DNA of 64,000 nucleotides from Candidatus Gallipaludibacter merdavium (GTDB lineage: Bacteria > Bacteroidota > Bacteroidia > Bacteroidales > Paludibacteraceae). The notes under the pieces were generated by a model, which was not told where the DNA came from, did no database searches, and saw only the letters and a program-made list of their open reading frames with translations. The stretch is from contig JADIMG010000084.1 in NCBI GenBank assembly GCA_017694875.1, forward strand, positions 2,663 to 66,662, read 5' to 3'. Within the stretch, counting starts at the first letter, position 1, and every line of letters starts with the position of its first letter. Below, one piece after another: positions 55,522-64,000 of this stretch. Both the position numbers and the translations under genes were made by a program.

Positions 55522-56719
55522 TACAGATAGGCTGCATTGCCATTGTGAAACTTTCAAACATTCCTTGAACACAAATCACAAAAAGAAAGAAGAAAATTCC
55601 CACTTTACGATATGGAGAAACTATAAAATATGGGTATATCAAAATAAACAGCAACACCAGTAGGCCCAAGATTCCAAAGTCCATTGCTGTTTCTATAAAT
55701 ATATTATGAGGATGCAATAAGATTTTATCATTAGGATCTGGATATATGTGTATAAACCCCTGATCATAATAATTATGGAAATCCTTGTCTGCAAATCCCC
55801 GTTCCAACAGAACATAACGGGAATTGCTGACTCCATATCCGGTAAAAGGTTTATCCTTAACCATGTCGATACAAACATCCCAAATCACGGTTCTTGGATC
55901 ATCAAAAACCTGCGGACTGATTCGCTTATGTTGCCCCAAAGCCCAAAACAGGGCAAAAGCAATAAGTATCATGGATGGAATAACAATTTTGGGAATATAC
56001 TTGTAGATATTGTATATAGCAAAAAAGGCGAATAGCATAAGAGACGTAAAAAATCCCACTCGTCCTTCCGAGCAAATTAATACGCTTAAAATAAAGCAAC
56101 ACCCCAAGGCAAACAAAATCTTTAAATAAGGCGTCAGACGATCTTTTAAAAGGGAATAAAAAAGAAAAGACAAAGTAATATTAAGGAAAAGATTAAATGT
56201 GATGTGACTATTAATATATTTGGTTCGCATGAAAGAAAACAACTCGCTACGATTGTCACATACTATAAAATCTCCAAACCCAATTTTATGTATAATATAC
56301 AGAACGGACAGCACAGACACCAACAACATGCCTATAGCAACATATTTAATTCTGATTTCTTTATTGATACCCAATAAGCCAATCAAACCTATACCCAAGA
56401 AAGGTAACCTATATTCTAATGTTCTTTGAAACCACGGATCGTACCACGAAGCCGTAAATAGTTGCCACATAGGTACCATCAGATAAAAAACAATCATAGC
56501 TACATATAGCCATTTTACTGGTCGCCATTTAAAGTTTTGTATCCGCTTTTCCCATATAACATCTATGAAATACGTAGTAAAGAATCCCCATAAAGCAATC
56601 CGCTGTACTTCAAAAGGAAGAATCCACGAAGACATCAAGAAAACAGCAAAAAAAACGTGAAGACCCATAAACCATTTGAAAAGTCTCCCCTCTACAGCTC
56701 TCATATAACAAATGCACAT
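55424..56719 (-). CDS. O-antigen ligase / Wzy_C family membrane protein
   Basis: About 10-12 TM helices plus a periplasmic loop with FTGYGVSNSRYVL...HPHNIFIETAMDFGILGL, typical of O-antigen ligase-like proteins. Confidence 0.7.
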   Translation of the reverse strand: MCICYMRAVEGRLFKWFMGLHVFFAVFLMSSWILPFEVQRIALWGFFTTYFIDVIWEKRIQNFKWRPVKWLYVAMIVFYLMVPMWQLFTASWYDPWFQRTLEYRLPFLGIGLIGLLGINKEIRIKYVAIGMLLVSVLSVLYIIHKIGFGDFIVCDNRSELFSFMRTKYINSHITFNLFLNITLSFLFYSLLKDRLTPYLKILFALGCCFILSVLICSEGRVGFFTSLMLFAFFAIYNIYKYIPKIVIPSMILIAFALFWALGQHKRISPQVFDDPRTVIWDVCIDMVKDKPFTGYGVSNSRYVLLERGFADKDFHNYYDQGFIHIYPDPNDKILLHPHNIFIETAMDFGILGLLVLLFILIYPYFIVSPYRKVGIFFFLFVICVQGMFESFTMAMQPICITLGMLLFLEGGIGEPDLQQSRVFQKQATDIS

Positions 56720-56875
56720 TTTTCAAATTGTCTGCAAAGATAGAACAATTCGCGCTACAACACAAATATGAAGATAAACAGCATGTTCCGCAGCATATTA
56801 TCTATATCATAACAATTTATTCCAAAAATAATAATTACCTTTACAGCCTAATTCAACAAAAACACTTTAAATCTC

Positions 56876-57487
56876 ATGTTAGTAATTGGAATTGCAGGAG
56901 GGACAGGTTCCGGTAAGACCACAATAGCCCATAAATTGTATAAGATTTTCAAAGAACAGGCAGTCATCATACCACATGACTATTACTACAAACCACATCC
57001 GGAACTGTCTTTGGAAGAGAGGAGCAAACAGAATTACGACCACCCGGACGCTCTTGATACAGAGTTGCTCATCGAGCATATCAAACAGTTGAAAGAAGGA
57101 AAATCCATCCAGCATCCTACTTATAATTTCTCATTACATCAACGTAATGAAAAATGGGAAACCATGGAAAGTGCAGATATTATTATTGTAGAAGGTATTC
57201 TTATTTTCAACAGTCCGGAATTATGCGATTTATGCGATGTCAAGCTTTATGTTGACACTGATGCAGATGTACGCTTTATTCGACGACTCCGCCGAGATGT
57301 CAACGAACGAGGCAGAACAATGGATTCTGTCGTAAAGCAATACCTCAGCACAGTCAAACCCATGCACGAACAATTTGTTGAACCAACCAAACGCAAAGCA
57401 GACCTTATTGTTCCCGAAGGTGGCAATAATCGCATTGCACTGGAAATCATTACCAAATATCTAGAACATCGTTTCATTAAAAAATAA
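56876..57487 (+). CDS. udk: Uridine kinase
   Basis: P-loop VIGIAGGTGSGKTT, IIIVEGILIF and RFIRRLRRDVNERGR. Confidence 0.9.
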   Translation: MLVIGIAGGTGSGKTTIAHKLYKIFKEQAVIIPHDYYYKPHPELSLEERSKQNYDHPDALDTELLIEHIKQLKEGKSIQHPTYNFSLHQRNEKWETMESADIIIVEGILIFNSPELCDLCDVKLYVDTDADVRFIRRLRRDVNERGRTMDSVVKQYLSTVKPMHEQFVEPTKRKADLIVPEGGNNRIALEIITKYLEHRFIKK

Positions 57488-57496
57488 TACGACAAA

Positions 57497-58240
57497 ATGC
57501 CTCCATCACTCTCATACGATAAAATCCTGTTTCTTGACGTGGAGACAGTTCCATGTACAAAGCATTTTGACAAACTGTCTGACGAGCTGCAAATGCTTTG
57601 GAAAGAAAAATGGGATTCATTGTGTATGAGATCACCCGAGCGCTTCTCGGGCACCTATCCCGAAGGCTTTGAAAGAGAGGCAGGCATTTTTGCTGAATAT
57701 GGGAAAATTATATGCATATCTGTCGGCTTTTGCTATAAAAATGAACATGACGGACAGTTCCATATTCGTACCCGTTCGTTCTGCGGTGATGATGAGAAGG
57801 AAATCTTACATGATTTTTTTGATCTCATTGCCAGATTTGTACATACACCTTATCACTCTTTAGCCGGCCACAACATAAAAGAGTTTGATATACCCTTTAT
57901 CTGTAGACGCGCTTTAATTAATGGACTCCCACTACCGGAAATATTGCAGATTTCTGGTAAAAAACCATGGGAGATCAATTTTATTGATACCCTTGAGCTA
58001 TGGAAATTTGGAGATTTCAAGCACTACACTTCACTCAGAACACTTACAGCCTTGTTTGGAATCCCAACCCCCAAAGATGATATTGACGGTTCTGAAGTAG
58101 CACAAGTATATTATACAGACCACAATATAAACCGGATTTCTACCTATTGCCAAAAAGATGTAATCGCCACTATCCAGGTTTATTTACGATTGCGTGGAGA
58201 GGCAACAGTTCCTAACGATTGTATTGAATGCGTTCTGTGA
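57497..58240 (+). CDS. DEDD 3'-5' exonuclease (PolB-exonuclease-like, RNase H fold)
   Basis: Exo I ILFLDVET, Exo II GHNIKEFDIPF and Exo III YCQKDVIAT. Confidence 0.7.
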   Translation: MPPSLSYDKILFLDVETVPCTKHFDKLSDELQMLWKEKWDSLCMRSPERFSGTYPEGFEREAGIFAEYGKIICISVGFCYKNEHDGQFHIRTRSFCGDDEKEILHDFFDLIARFVHTPYHSLAGHNIKEFDIPFICRRALINGLPLPEILQISGKKPWEINFIDTLELWKFGDFKHYTSLRTLTALFGIPTPKDDIDGSEVAQVYYTDHNINRISTYCQKDVIATIQVYLRLRGEATVPNDCIECVL

Positions 58241-59601
58241 CAAAAGTTATCTTCATATTATGTGCACTTATTGGTTGTTTGTCATGCAATAAGAAAACCA
58301 CACAAATTCCTGCACAAAGGGATTTGCTGGCAATTGTAGCAAACGATACTCTCCATGTGGGAACTATTTTCGGTCCTACTACCTATTTCTACTATAGAGA
58401 CGTTCCCATGGGCTATGACTATGACTTGGCCAAAAGTTTTGCTGCATCTATTCATACCCATCTGAAAGTACATACCTACAGCTCGGTTGAAGAACTTTAC
58501 GACCAGCTTGAAACCGGCGACATAGACTTGATTGCATTCCCCTGCGTACCTACTCGTGAGCGTAAGAAGACTTTCACCTATTTTTCCACACATAAGAATG
58601 CACCGCTTCATCTTGTTCAAATAGGTGGCAAAGAAGCCATAAAGAATGCAGCCCAATTACAGGAAAAGCGCATCTATATTCCACGAAACTCACAAGCCTA
58701 TACCCGTTTAAAACATCTGAACATGGAAATTGGTGGAAATATGCGCATAATTTTAGCACATGACTCGGTAAGCATTGATATGTTAATTGCCGATGTTGTA
58801 AATGGCAAGCTTCCTTATACAGCTGCCTATGCACCACTCGCGCAACTCTACCAGCAATATTATCCACAATTAGACATCAGCGTTGCTTTGGGGGTAGAGC
58901 AAACACTAGGATGGGTAACACGGAATTCCTCAACAGCTCTAAATGAAACTATCAGTTTATGGCTGGAAAAAATGGATGAAACAGAAATAGAAAAACTATA
59001 TACGCGCTATTTACGCAAAAACAATACCTTCAAGCCTCATCCTTATTTTGAAACGAGTTCTACTTCTTCCATCTCGCCCTATGACCAATGGTTCAAGGAA
59101 TATGCCCCCCAAATCAATTGGGACTGGCGGCTATTGGCAGCTGTAGCTTTTCATGAATCCCGTTTTAATCCCAATACTGTTTCACCAATGGGTGCATGTG
59201 GTTTGATGCAGCTGATGCCGGTTACCGGCGCAAAATTCGGATTGGATTCATTGAATATGTTCGACCCGGAAGCCAATATTGCAGCAGGCGTACAATACAT
59301 CAAATACTTGAAAATGGTTTACCATGACATTGAAAACAAAGAAGAAAAAACCAAATTTGTACTTGCCAGCTACAATGCTGGCCCTGCCCATGTTTTAGAC
59401 GCCATGAAACTGACAGAAAAATATGGGGGTGATCCCCATATATGGTATGGCAATGTAGAATATTACCTACAGAAAAAAAACGACCCGGAATTCTACAATG
59501 ACCCTGTCGTGCGCTATGGGTATTTTAACAGTGGACCGACACGGTCATATGTACAAAACGTATTAGCAACTTACCACAATTACATCAGCCGAAAACAATG
59601 A
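58228..59601 (+). CDS. mltF: Membrane-bound lytic murein transglycosylase F-like (SBP_bac_3 + SLT domains)
   Basis: Lipoprotein-like signal ILCALIGCLSC. An N-terminal solute-binding-like domain. The C-terminal SLT domain has AFHESRFNPNTVSPMGACGLMQLMP (catalytic ES) and ASYNAGP. Confidence 0.8.
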   Translation: MRSVTKVIFILCALIGCLSCNKKTTQIPAQRDLLAIVANDTLHVGTIFGPTTYFYYRDVPMGYDYDLAKSFAASIHTHLKVHTYSSVEELYDQLETGDIDLIAFPCVPTRERKKTFTYFSTHKNAPLHLVQIGGKEAIKNAAQLQEKRIYIPRNSQAYTRLKHLNMEIGGNMRIILAHDSVSIDMLIADVVNGKLPYTAAYAPLAQLYQQYYPQLDISVALGVEQTLGWVTRNSSTALNETISLWLEKMDETEIEKLYTRYLRKNNTFKPHPYFETSSTSSISPYDQWFKEYAPQINWDWRLLAAVAFHESRFNPNTVSPMGACGLMQLMPVTGAKFGLDSLNMFDPEANIAAGVQYIKYLKMVYHDIENKEEKTKFVLASYNAGPAHVLDAMKLTEKYGGDPHIWYGNVEYYLQKKNDPEFYNDPVVRYGYFNSGPTRSYVQNVLATYHNYISRKQ

Positions 59602-60653
59602 ATAAAGAGAAAAAACACATCAATATAAATTTTATTGATTTCTATGATTCATTTGTTCCTGAACAAAGTTTCATATATAAGCTACTCGAAAAACACTATC
59701 ATATACACATAACGGACAATCCGGACTACCTGTTTTGTTCCGTGGCTTCAGATGACCATCTTACCAAAAAAGATTGCATTAAAATCCTATGGACCGGTGA
59801 AAACCAAACACCAGACTTCAATCTCTATGACTATGCCATGGGATTTGATTATCTCAATTACGGCGACCGCTATTTACGCCTACCATTTTATTATCTCTAC
59901 AAACAGGATTTTGAGTTAATGTCATGTAAACACCAATTCACAGAAACTGATTTAAAATCCAAGAAAGGTTTCTGCAGTTTTGTTGTTTCAAATAATCATG
60001 CATCAGCACACCGCAAAGAGTTCTTCGATTTATTATATGCCTACAAGCCAATTGCCTCTGGCGGTAGGTATATGAACAATATTGGCAAAGCAGTCGATAA
60101 CAAACTGGATTTTACCAGGCAATACAAATTTGCCATTGCTTTTGAAAACAGCAGCTCACCCGGATATACAACCGAAAAACTTATCCAAGCATTTGCTGCC
60201 CAAGCCATACCCATCTATTGGGGAGATCCGACCATAACGGAACACTTCAATCCTAAATCCTTTATCAACTGTAATGATTACGATTCTTTTGATGAAGTAG
60301 TAGCCGAAGTAAGACGATTGGACAATGATGACAATGCCTATTTAGAAGTCATGCAAACACCTGCACTAAATGAAGGGGAAATGAACGTGGATGAAATGTT
60401 TGCCAAAATAGAGAATTTTCTTATTGCCATCATAGAACAACCCTTGAGTAAAGCCCAGCGATATGACAGAACCTATTGGGGCCGAAAGTACAATCAGAAG
60501 CTACTGCGGAGAAAATTGTGCGAAGAAAAAAGCATAAAAGGAGTGATGGAAAAATTGTATCGGAAGGTTTTTCGCTCCGTTATGAACGGAAGCAATAAGA
60601 ATGTATTCTTATGGAACCTGCACAAGTGGTTAATGCACAAAATGGGACGTTGA
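59598..60653 (+). CDS. Glycosyltransferase family 10 (alpha-1,3/4-fucosyltransferase-like)
   Basis: The alpha-1,3-FucT motif is readable as YKFAIAFENSSSPGYTTEKLIQAF (compare H. pylori FutA ...CFENSQGYGYVTEK...). There is a 4-nt overlap with the upstream gene. Confidence 0.75.
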   Translation: MNKEKKHININFIDFYDSFVPEQSFIYKLLEKHYHIHITDNPDYLFCSVASDDHLTKKDCIKILWTGENQTPDFNLYDYAMGFDYLNYGDRYLRLPFYYLYKQDFELMSCKHQFTETDLKSKKGFCSFVVSNNHASAHRKEFFDLLYAYKPIASGGRYMNNIGKAVDNKLDFTRQYKFAIAFENSSSPGYTTEKLIQAFAAQAIPIYWGDPTITEHFNPKSFINCNDYDSFDEVVAEVRRLDNDDNAYLEVMQTPALNEGEMNVDEMFAKIENFLIAIIEQPLSKAQRYDRTYWGRKYNQKLLRRKLCEEKSIKGVMEKLYRKVFRSVMNGSNKNVFLWNLHKWLMHKMGR

Positions 60654-60674
60654 AAAAAACGACAGAATTATGAA

Positions 60675-60729
60675 TCTAAACACATCATCCGGATAGCATT
60701 ATTTCCGCTATCCGGATGATGTGTTTAGA
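60675..60729. terminator. Bidirectional terminator: perfect 23-bp stem hairpin between convergent genes
   Basis: tctaaacacatcatccggatagc (60675-60697) and gctatccggatgatgtgtttaga (60707-60729) are perfect reverse complements with a 9-nt loop. ttttt follows on the + strand. Confidence 0.75.
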
Positions 60730-60737
60730 TACCTTTT

Positions 60738-63188
60738 TTAGTTCTTTCTACATTTTCTAATAGAGAAAATTACAGCTGCTATAGCAGTCAGAAACATAAT
60801 AGCTATGCATATAGAAGCCAACAAATCGCCTTTCTTGATGCTGTCCGGGTCAAAAATGAAATGAACTTCATGTTCTCCTGCAGGAATTCTCAGAGCACGC
60901 AACATGTAATTCACACGGAAATGTTCCACCGGCTCTCCATCAATAAACGCTTTCCAACCATACGGATAATAAATTTCAGAGAATACAGCTATTTGCTCTT
61001 CATTGGCAGTTGTTTTATAGAATAGTTCTTTCGGTGTACAACTGGTCAAGCGAATGCTTGCCAAAGAATCCATTGACGGTTTCCATCCTTCTACAAAGGG
61101 AGCAAAACTCTTGTCTGTAACTGCGGTTGTATGCAAATCAATCTGCATCAAGGCATCCGACTCTTTGTTTGCATTATCCACCACCTTAACATCATTGACA
61201 AACCAGGCATTTCCCATAGCATCAGGATTCAATTGCGGAACAACGTTTCCTGCATTGTCTTTCACAATGAAATACTTGGTATTAAGCATATTATATACAG
61301 GCATATGCATTTTCGACAAGTGTTCATCTATCAAGTCCTGATAGCGCCTCAATTTTGCTGCCGAATATCCGCCTACAGAATGCAAATAGTAAGACGTCCG
61401 TGACTCATTAAACGGATTGACAGTAAGATTTATCACTCTGAAATTAGGATCTGTATCCTGCAAAATATACTCCTCATACGGCAACTTTTCAAAAAACTGC
61501 TCCCTCTTCTTTGCATATTCAAAATGGTCAGCATTGAAATAGCGTTTGTCCACCGGCCACATATCAATCAAAACAAAAGCAGCCAACAATAACCCGAAAT
61601 ACATTGTTTTCAGTTTCCCTTGTGCATAGAGCCAAGTCAATGCCGCTCCCACAACAACAAAGAACAACGAACGCCATGCGTCTGCCACCAACATACTTTG
61701 GCGTTGAGCAATTATAGCATCATAAGCAAAGTCTGGAATCTGTGAGATAAAATTCGCATCATGGCGTGAAGTAAAACTGAAAAACGCTCCACTAAAAAGA
61801 GCCAACAGCAAACAAATACCACCCGTTATTCCTGCTGAATAGTATATGGCTCTAACCACCTTTTCTTTGGACAAGGTACCTTCCGTAATTGTTTTCAACC
61901 CCCAGAAAGCCATCAGTGGAATAGTAATTTCCGCCACTATCAAAATAGAAGAAACTGTTCTAAATTTATTGTAAAGCGGAAAGTAATTGTAGAAGAATTC
62001 CGTCAACGGCATAAAATGATATCCCCACGACAACAGTATAGAGAAAATGGTTGCAACCAGCAATGCCCATTTATAGGGTCCCTTCAGCAAGAAAAGACTC
62101 AACACAAACAGGAAACAGACAATTGCCCCTATATAGACTGGACCTGCTGTAAATGGCTGGTCACCCCAATAAGTAGGTGCAGCAGAGCAGAATGCCTGTG
62201 CACTGCTACGGGGAACACCATTACGCACCAATTCCGTATATAACTTTGAATCGTTATCAAGAGGATAACCATTAGCTCCACCCATCAGATTCGGCACCAA
62301 AAAAGTAAGGGTTTCATCAATACCATAGCTCCATTGCGTAGCATAGTCCAAATCCAAACCATTGCCTGTATTATTTTGGCTATCTGTCTCTTTTACCAGC
62401 TCCGAATGTCCACCACGCATCGTTTCCTTCACATATTCCTGATTGGAAAAAACAGAAGCACCATTTAGACCCAAACCAACAAGAAAAGCACCGGCAAAAA
62501 TCCCTGTTCCTATCAACAAATCCTTATAGCGCTTTTCCTTGATATGTACATATAATTCTGCACAATAAAGTACTCCCATCAGCATGCAAAGATAGTAGGC
62601 CATCTGAGGATGCACGGTAAAGCCCATGGCCATAAAGAACATAATAAACAACGCTCCCCAGCCATATTGCTTTCTGAACACCAGAATAAATCCGACAATC
62701 ACTAAAGTAGTCCATGCAATCGTAGAACATTTACCATTATGTGAAGCGGCTATGACAATAAAGAAATAAGAAGAAAAAGCTGTTGCAAACGCTCCCGCCA
62801 AACTTATCCACTTATCAATCTTAAACGTACGCATCAGCACAAAAAAAGCTATAAAGTAAAAAATCAGGATGGGTATCACATACCTATGCCCCAAACGGAA
62901 AAACCAAATAAAAGGATAAAGAATTTTACTGGAGAGCATACCACCTCCACCACCTATCTGGTAATTAGGCATTCCAGAAAACATGGAACTGTTCCACCAT
63001 GTATAATCTCCCGTTTCTTCATGATACCGAATGCCATCCTCAACAGCCGCACGAGGTTGCAAACTATCTGTAGCCACTATTTTTTTACCTTCCAATTCAG
63101 GATAGCAATATATAATCGCGGCAACGATAAAAGCCACGAGAATCAGAAGATTCGGTAAAATCTCCTTTTTAAAATTCAAGTTCTTCAT
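60738..63188 (-). CDS. YfhO family membrane protein (glycosyltransferase-C-like)
   Basis: 816 aa with a multi-TM N-terminal two-thirds, a large soluble region and a terminal TM. The N-terminus ...YCYPELEGKKI...DGIRYHEETGDYTWWNSSMFSGMPNYQI is typical of YfhO proteins. Confidence 0.7.
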   Translation of the reverse strand: MKNLNFKKEILPNLLILVAFIVAAIIYCYPELEGKKIVATDSLQPRAAVEDGIRYHEETGDYTWWNSSMFSGMPNYQIGGGGGMLSSKILYPFIWFFRLGHRYVIPILIFYFIAFFVLMRTFKIDKWISLAGAFATAFSSYFFIVIAASHNGKCSTIAWTTLVIVGFILVFRKQYGWGALFIMFFMAMGFTVHPQMAYYLCMLMGVLYCAELYVHIKEKRYKDLLIGTGIFAGAFLVGLGLNGASVFSNQEYVKETMRGGHSELVKETDSQNNTGNGLDLDYATQWSYGIDETLTFLVPNLMGGANGYPLDNDSKLYTELVRNGVPRSSAQAFCSAAPTYWGDQPFTAGPVYIGAIVCFLFVLSLFLLKGPYKWALLVATIFSILLSWGYHFMPLTEFFYNYFPLYNKFRTVSSILIVAEITIPLMAFWGLKTITEGTLSKEKVVRAIYYSAGITGGICLLLALFSGAFFSFTSRHDANFISQIPDFAYDAIIAQRQSMLVADAWRSLFFVVVGAALTWLYAQGKLKTMYFGLLLAAFVLIDMWPVDKRYFNADHFEYAKKREQFFEKLPYEEYILQDTDPNFRVINLTVNPFNESRTSYYLHSVGGYSAAKLRRYQDLIDEHLSKMHMPVYNMLNTKYFIVKDNAGNVVPQLNPDAMGNAWFVNDVKVVDNANKESDALMQIDLHTTAVTDKSFAPFVEGWKPSMDSLASIRLTSCTPKELFYKTTANEEQIAVFSEIYYPYGWKAFIDGEPVEHFRVNYMLRALRIPAGEHEVHFIFDPDSIKKGDLLASICIAIMFLTAIAAVIFSIRKCRKN

Positions 63189-63200
63189 CTTGTTTCTTAT

Positions 63201-64000
63201 TTATTTGTTTCTACGTAGTTTCATTATAATATAATCTATCAAGGTATTAAGCTCCTCAGAAAATTTAAGGCGATATATTATTATAACCGCAAGCAAACTT
63301 ACAATGCCTGTTCTGAAAATAGCTTCAACAAAACCCCAAAATACGGTCTTAGGCAATATTTGTGATGTGAAATACTCCAAAATAAAATCAACCAAGCCAA
63401 AACACAATAACAAACCTAGCACTTGCAACTGTCTGGAGGAGAACGGACACGTCTTTATTTTCAGATAATTCAATCCCAACAATGCTGCATAGTACAACAC
63501 GGATGACAATAAAGTTGCCAATGCAGCTCCATTCATACCCCACAAAGGTATGAAACTATTGTTGAACACTATGGAAATAATGGTATAGAATGCAGAAAAA
63601 ATAAGCGAATAATAATAAAAACGGGAATAATTCAAGACGGAAACACCTATGCTACAAACAGAAACAAAAAGCTTTGAGATGGCCAAGATAAAGACTACCC
63701 ATTTAGCTGTTGCATATTGTTCACCATTAGGCAATATCTTAAACATAAAATCCAGATTCATCCATATTAGCAGAAAGATAAACGCTCCCGCCAACAACTG
63801 ATGAAAAGATATATTACGGCACAAAGCATTCGCCTCAACAATCTGGTTTTCCTTTATGGCCCTTGACAATTGCGGTTGCGCTATTGCCCCCAAAGAACGG
63901 TAGGGAATCTCAATCAATGCTGTGATATAACTTGCAATGGCAAATATTCCCGTATAGGTCAATCCCATTTTTGCACTGATAAAAAAGGAATTTACAAATG
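63201..64000 (-). CDS. Polysaccharide/oligosaccharide flippase (Wzx/MOP superfamily), C-terminal part; the N-terminus lies beyond the window end
   Basis: Multi-TM C-terminal region characteristic of MOP flippases, in a glycan-cluster context. The reading frame appears to continue to the window edge. Confidence 0.5.
   Translation of the reverse strand, partial: FVNSFFISAKMGLTYTGIFAIASYITALIEIPYRSLGAIAQPQLSRAIKENQIVEANALCRNISFHQLLAGAFIFLLIWMNLDFMFKILPNGEQYATAKWVVFILAISKLFVSVCSIGVSVLNYSRFYYYSLIFSAFYTIISIVFNNSFIPLWGMNGAALATLLSSVLYYAALLGLNYLKIKTCPFSSRQLQVLGLLLCFGLVDFILEYFTSQILPKTVFWGFVEAIFRTGIVSLLAVIIIYRLKFSEELNTLIDYIIMKLRRNK

Overview
This is a chromosomal segment from a Bacteroidales-type genome. 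The evidence is TAnnTTTG -7 promoter boxes a few nt before many start codons, a T9SS C-terminal sorting domain, GldG, and a murC-ftsQ-ftsA-ftsZ block. I saw no rRNA, tRNA, CRISPR array, integrase or transposase.

The first ~13 kb look like a defence island:
- a 5'-truncated SF2/SNF2 helicase followed by a 1025-aa Eco57I-type N6-adenine methyltransferase;
- a compact, AT-rich, five-gene minus-strand operon (8955 -> 4956);
- an Arch_ATPase/DUF234-type ATPase;
- a Ymh/TIGR02391-type HEPN protein;
- an AlbA_2 (Schlafen-like) protein.

The five-gene operon is the best candidate for an undescribed system. It encodes a PD-(D/E)xK sce7726-like protein, a Beta-protein/sce7725-like protein, a Zn-ribbon + RES-domain protein, a proteasome/HslV-like Ntn hydrolase, and a 141-aa protein made of 11 near-identical GPGGGLYT octapeptide repeats. 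The low-GC block containing this operon begins inside the methyltransferase gene, right after its NPPY motif.

The remaining ~51 kb are mostly housekeeping or envelope genes:
- MATE efflux, AraC, ArgR, a TonB-dependent receptor, HIT, T9SS cargo and a cation/proton antiporter;
- MutS2, RmuC, GldG, a patatin-Omp85 fusion, AroE, DUF368, a TPR protein and GatB/YqeY;
- FtsZ/A/Q, MurC, a secreted nuclease, RNase Y and ZapA;
- a surface-glycan cluster with Wzi, an LPS kinase, three GT2 enzymes, an O-antigen ligase, a GT10 fucosyltransferase, YfhO and a flippase.

All family assignments come from motifs read by eye. No database search was possible.
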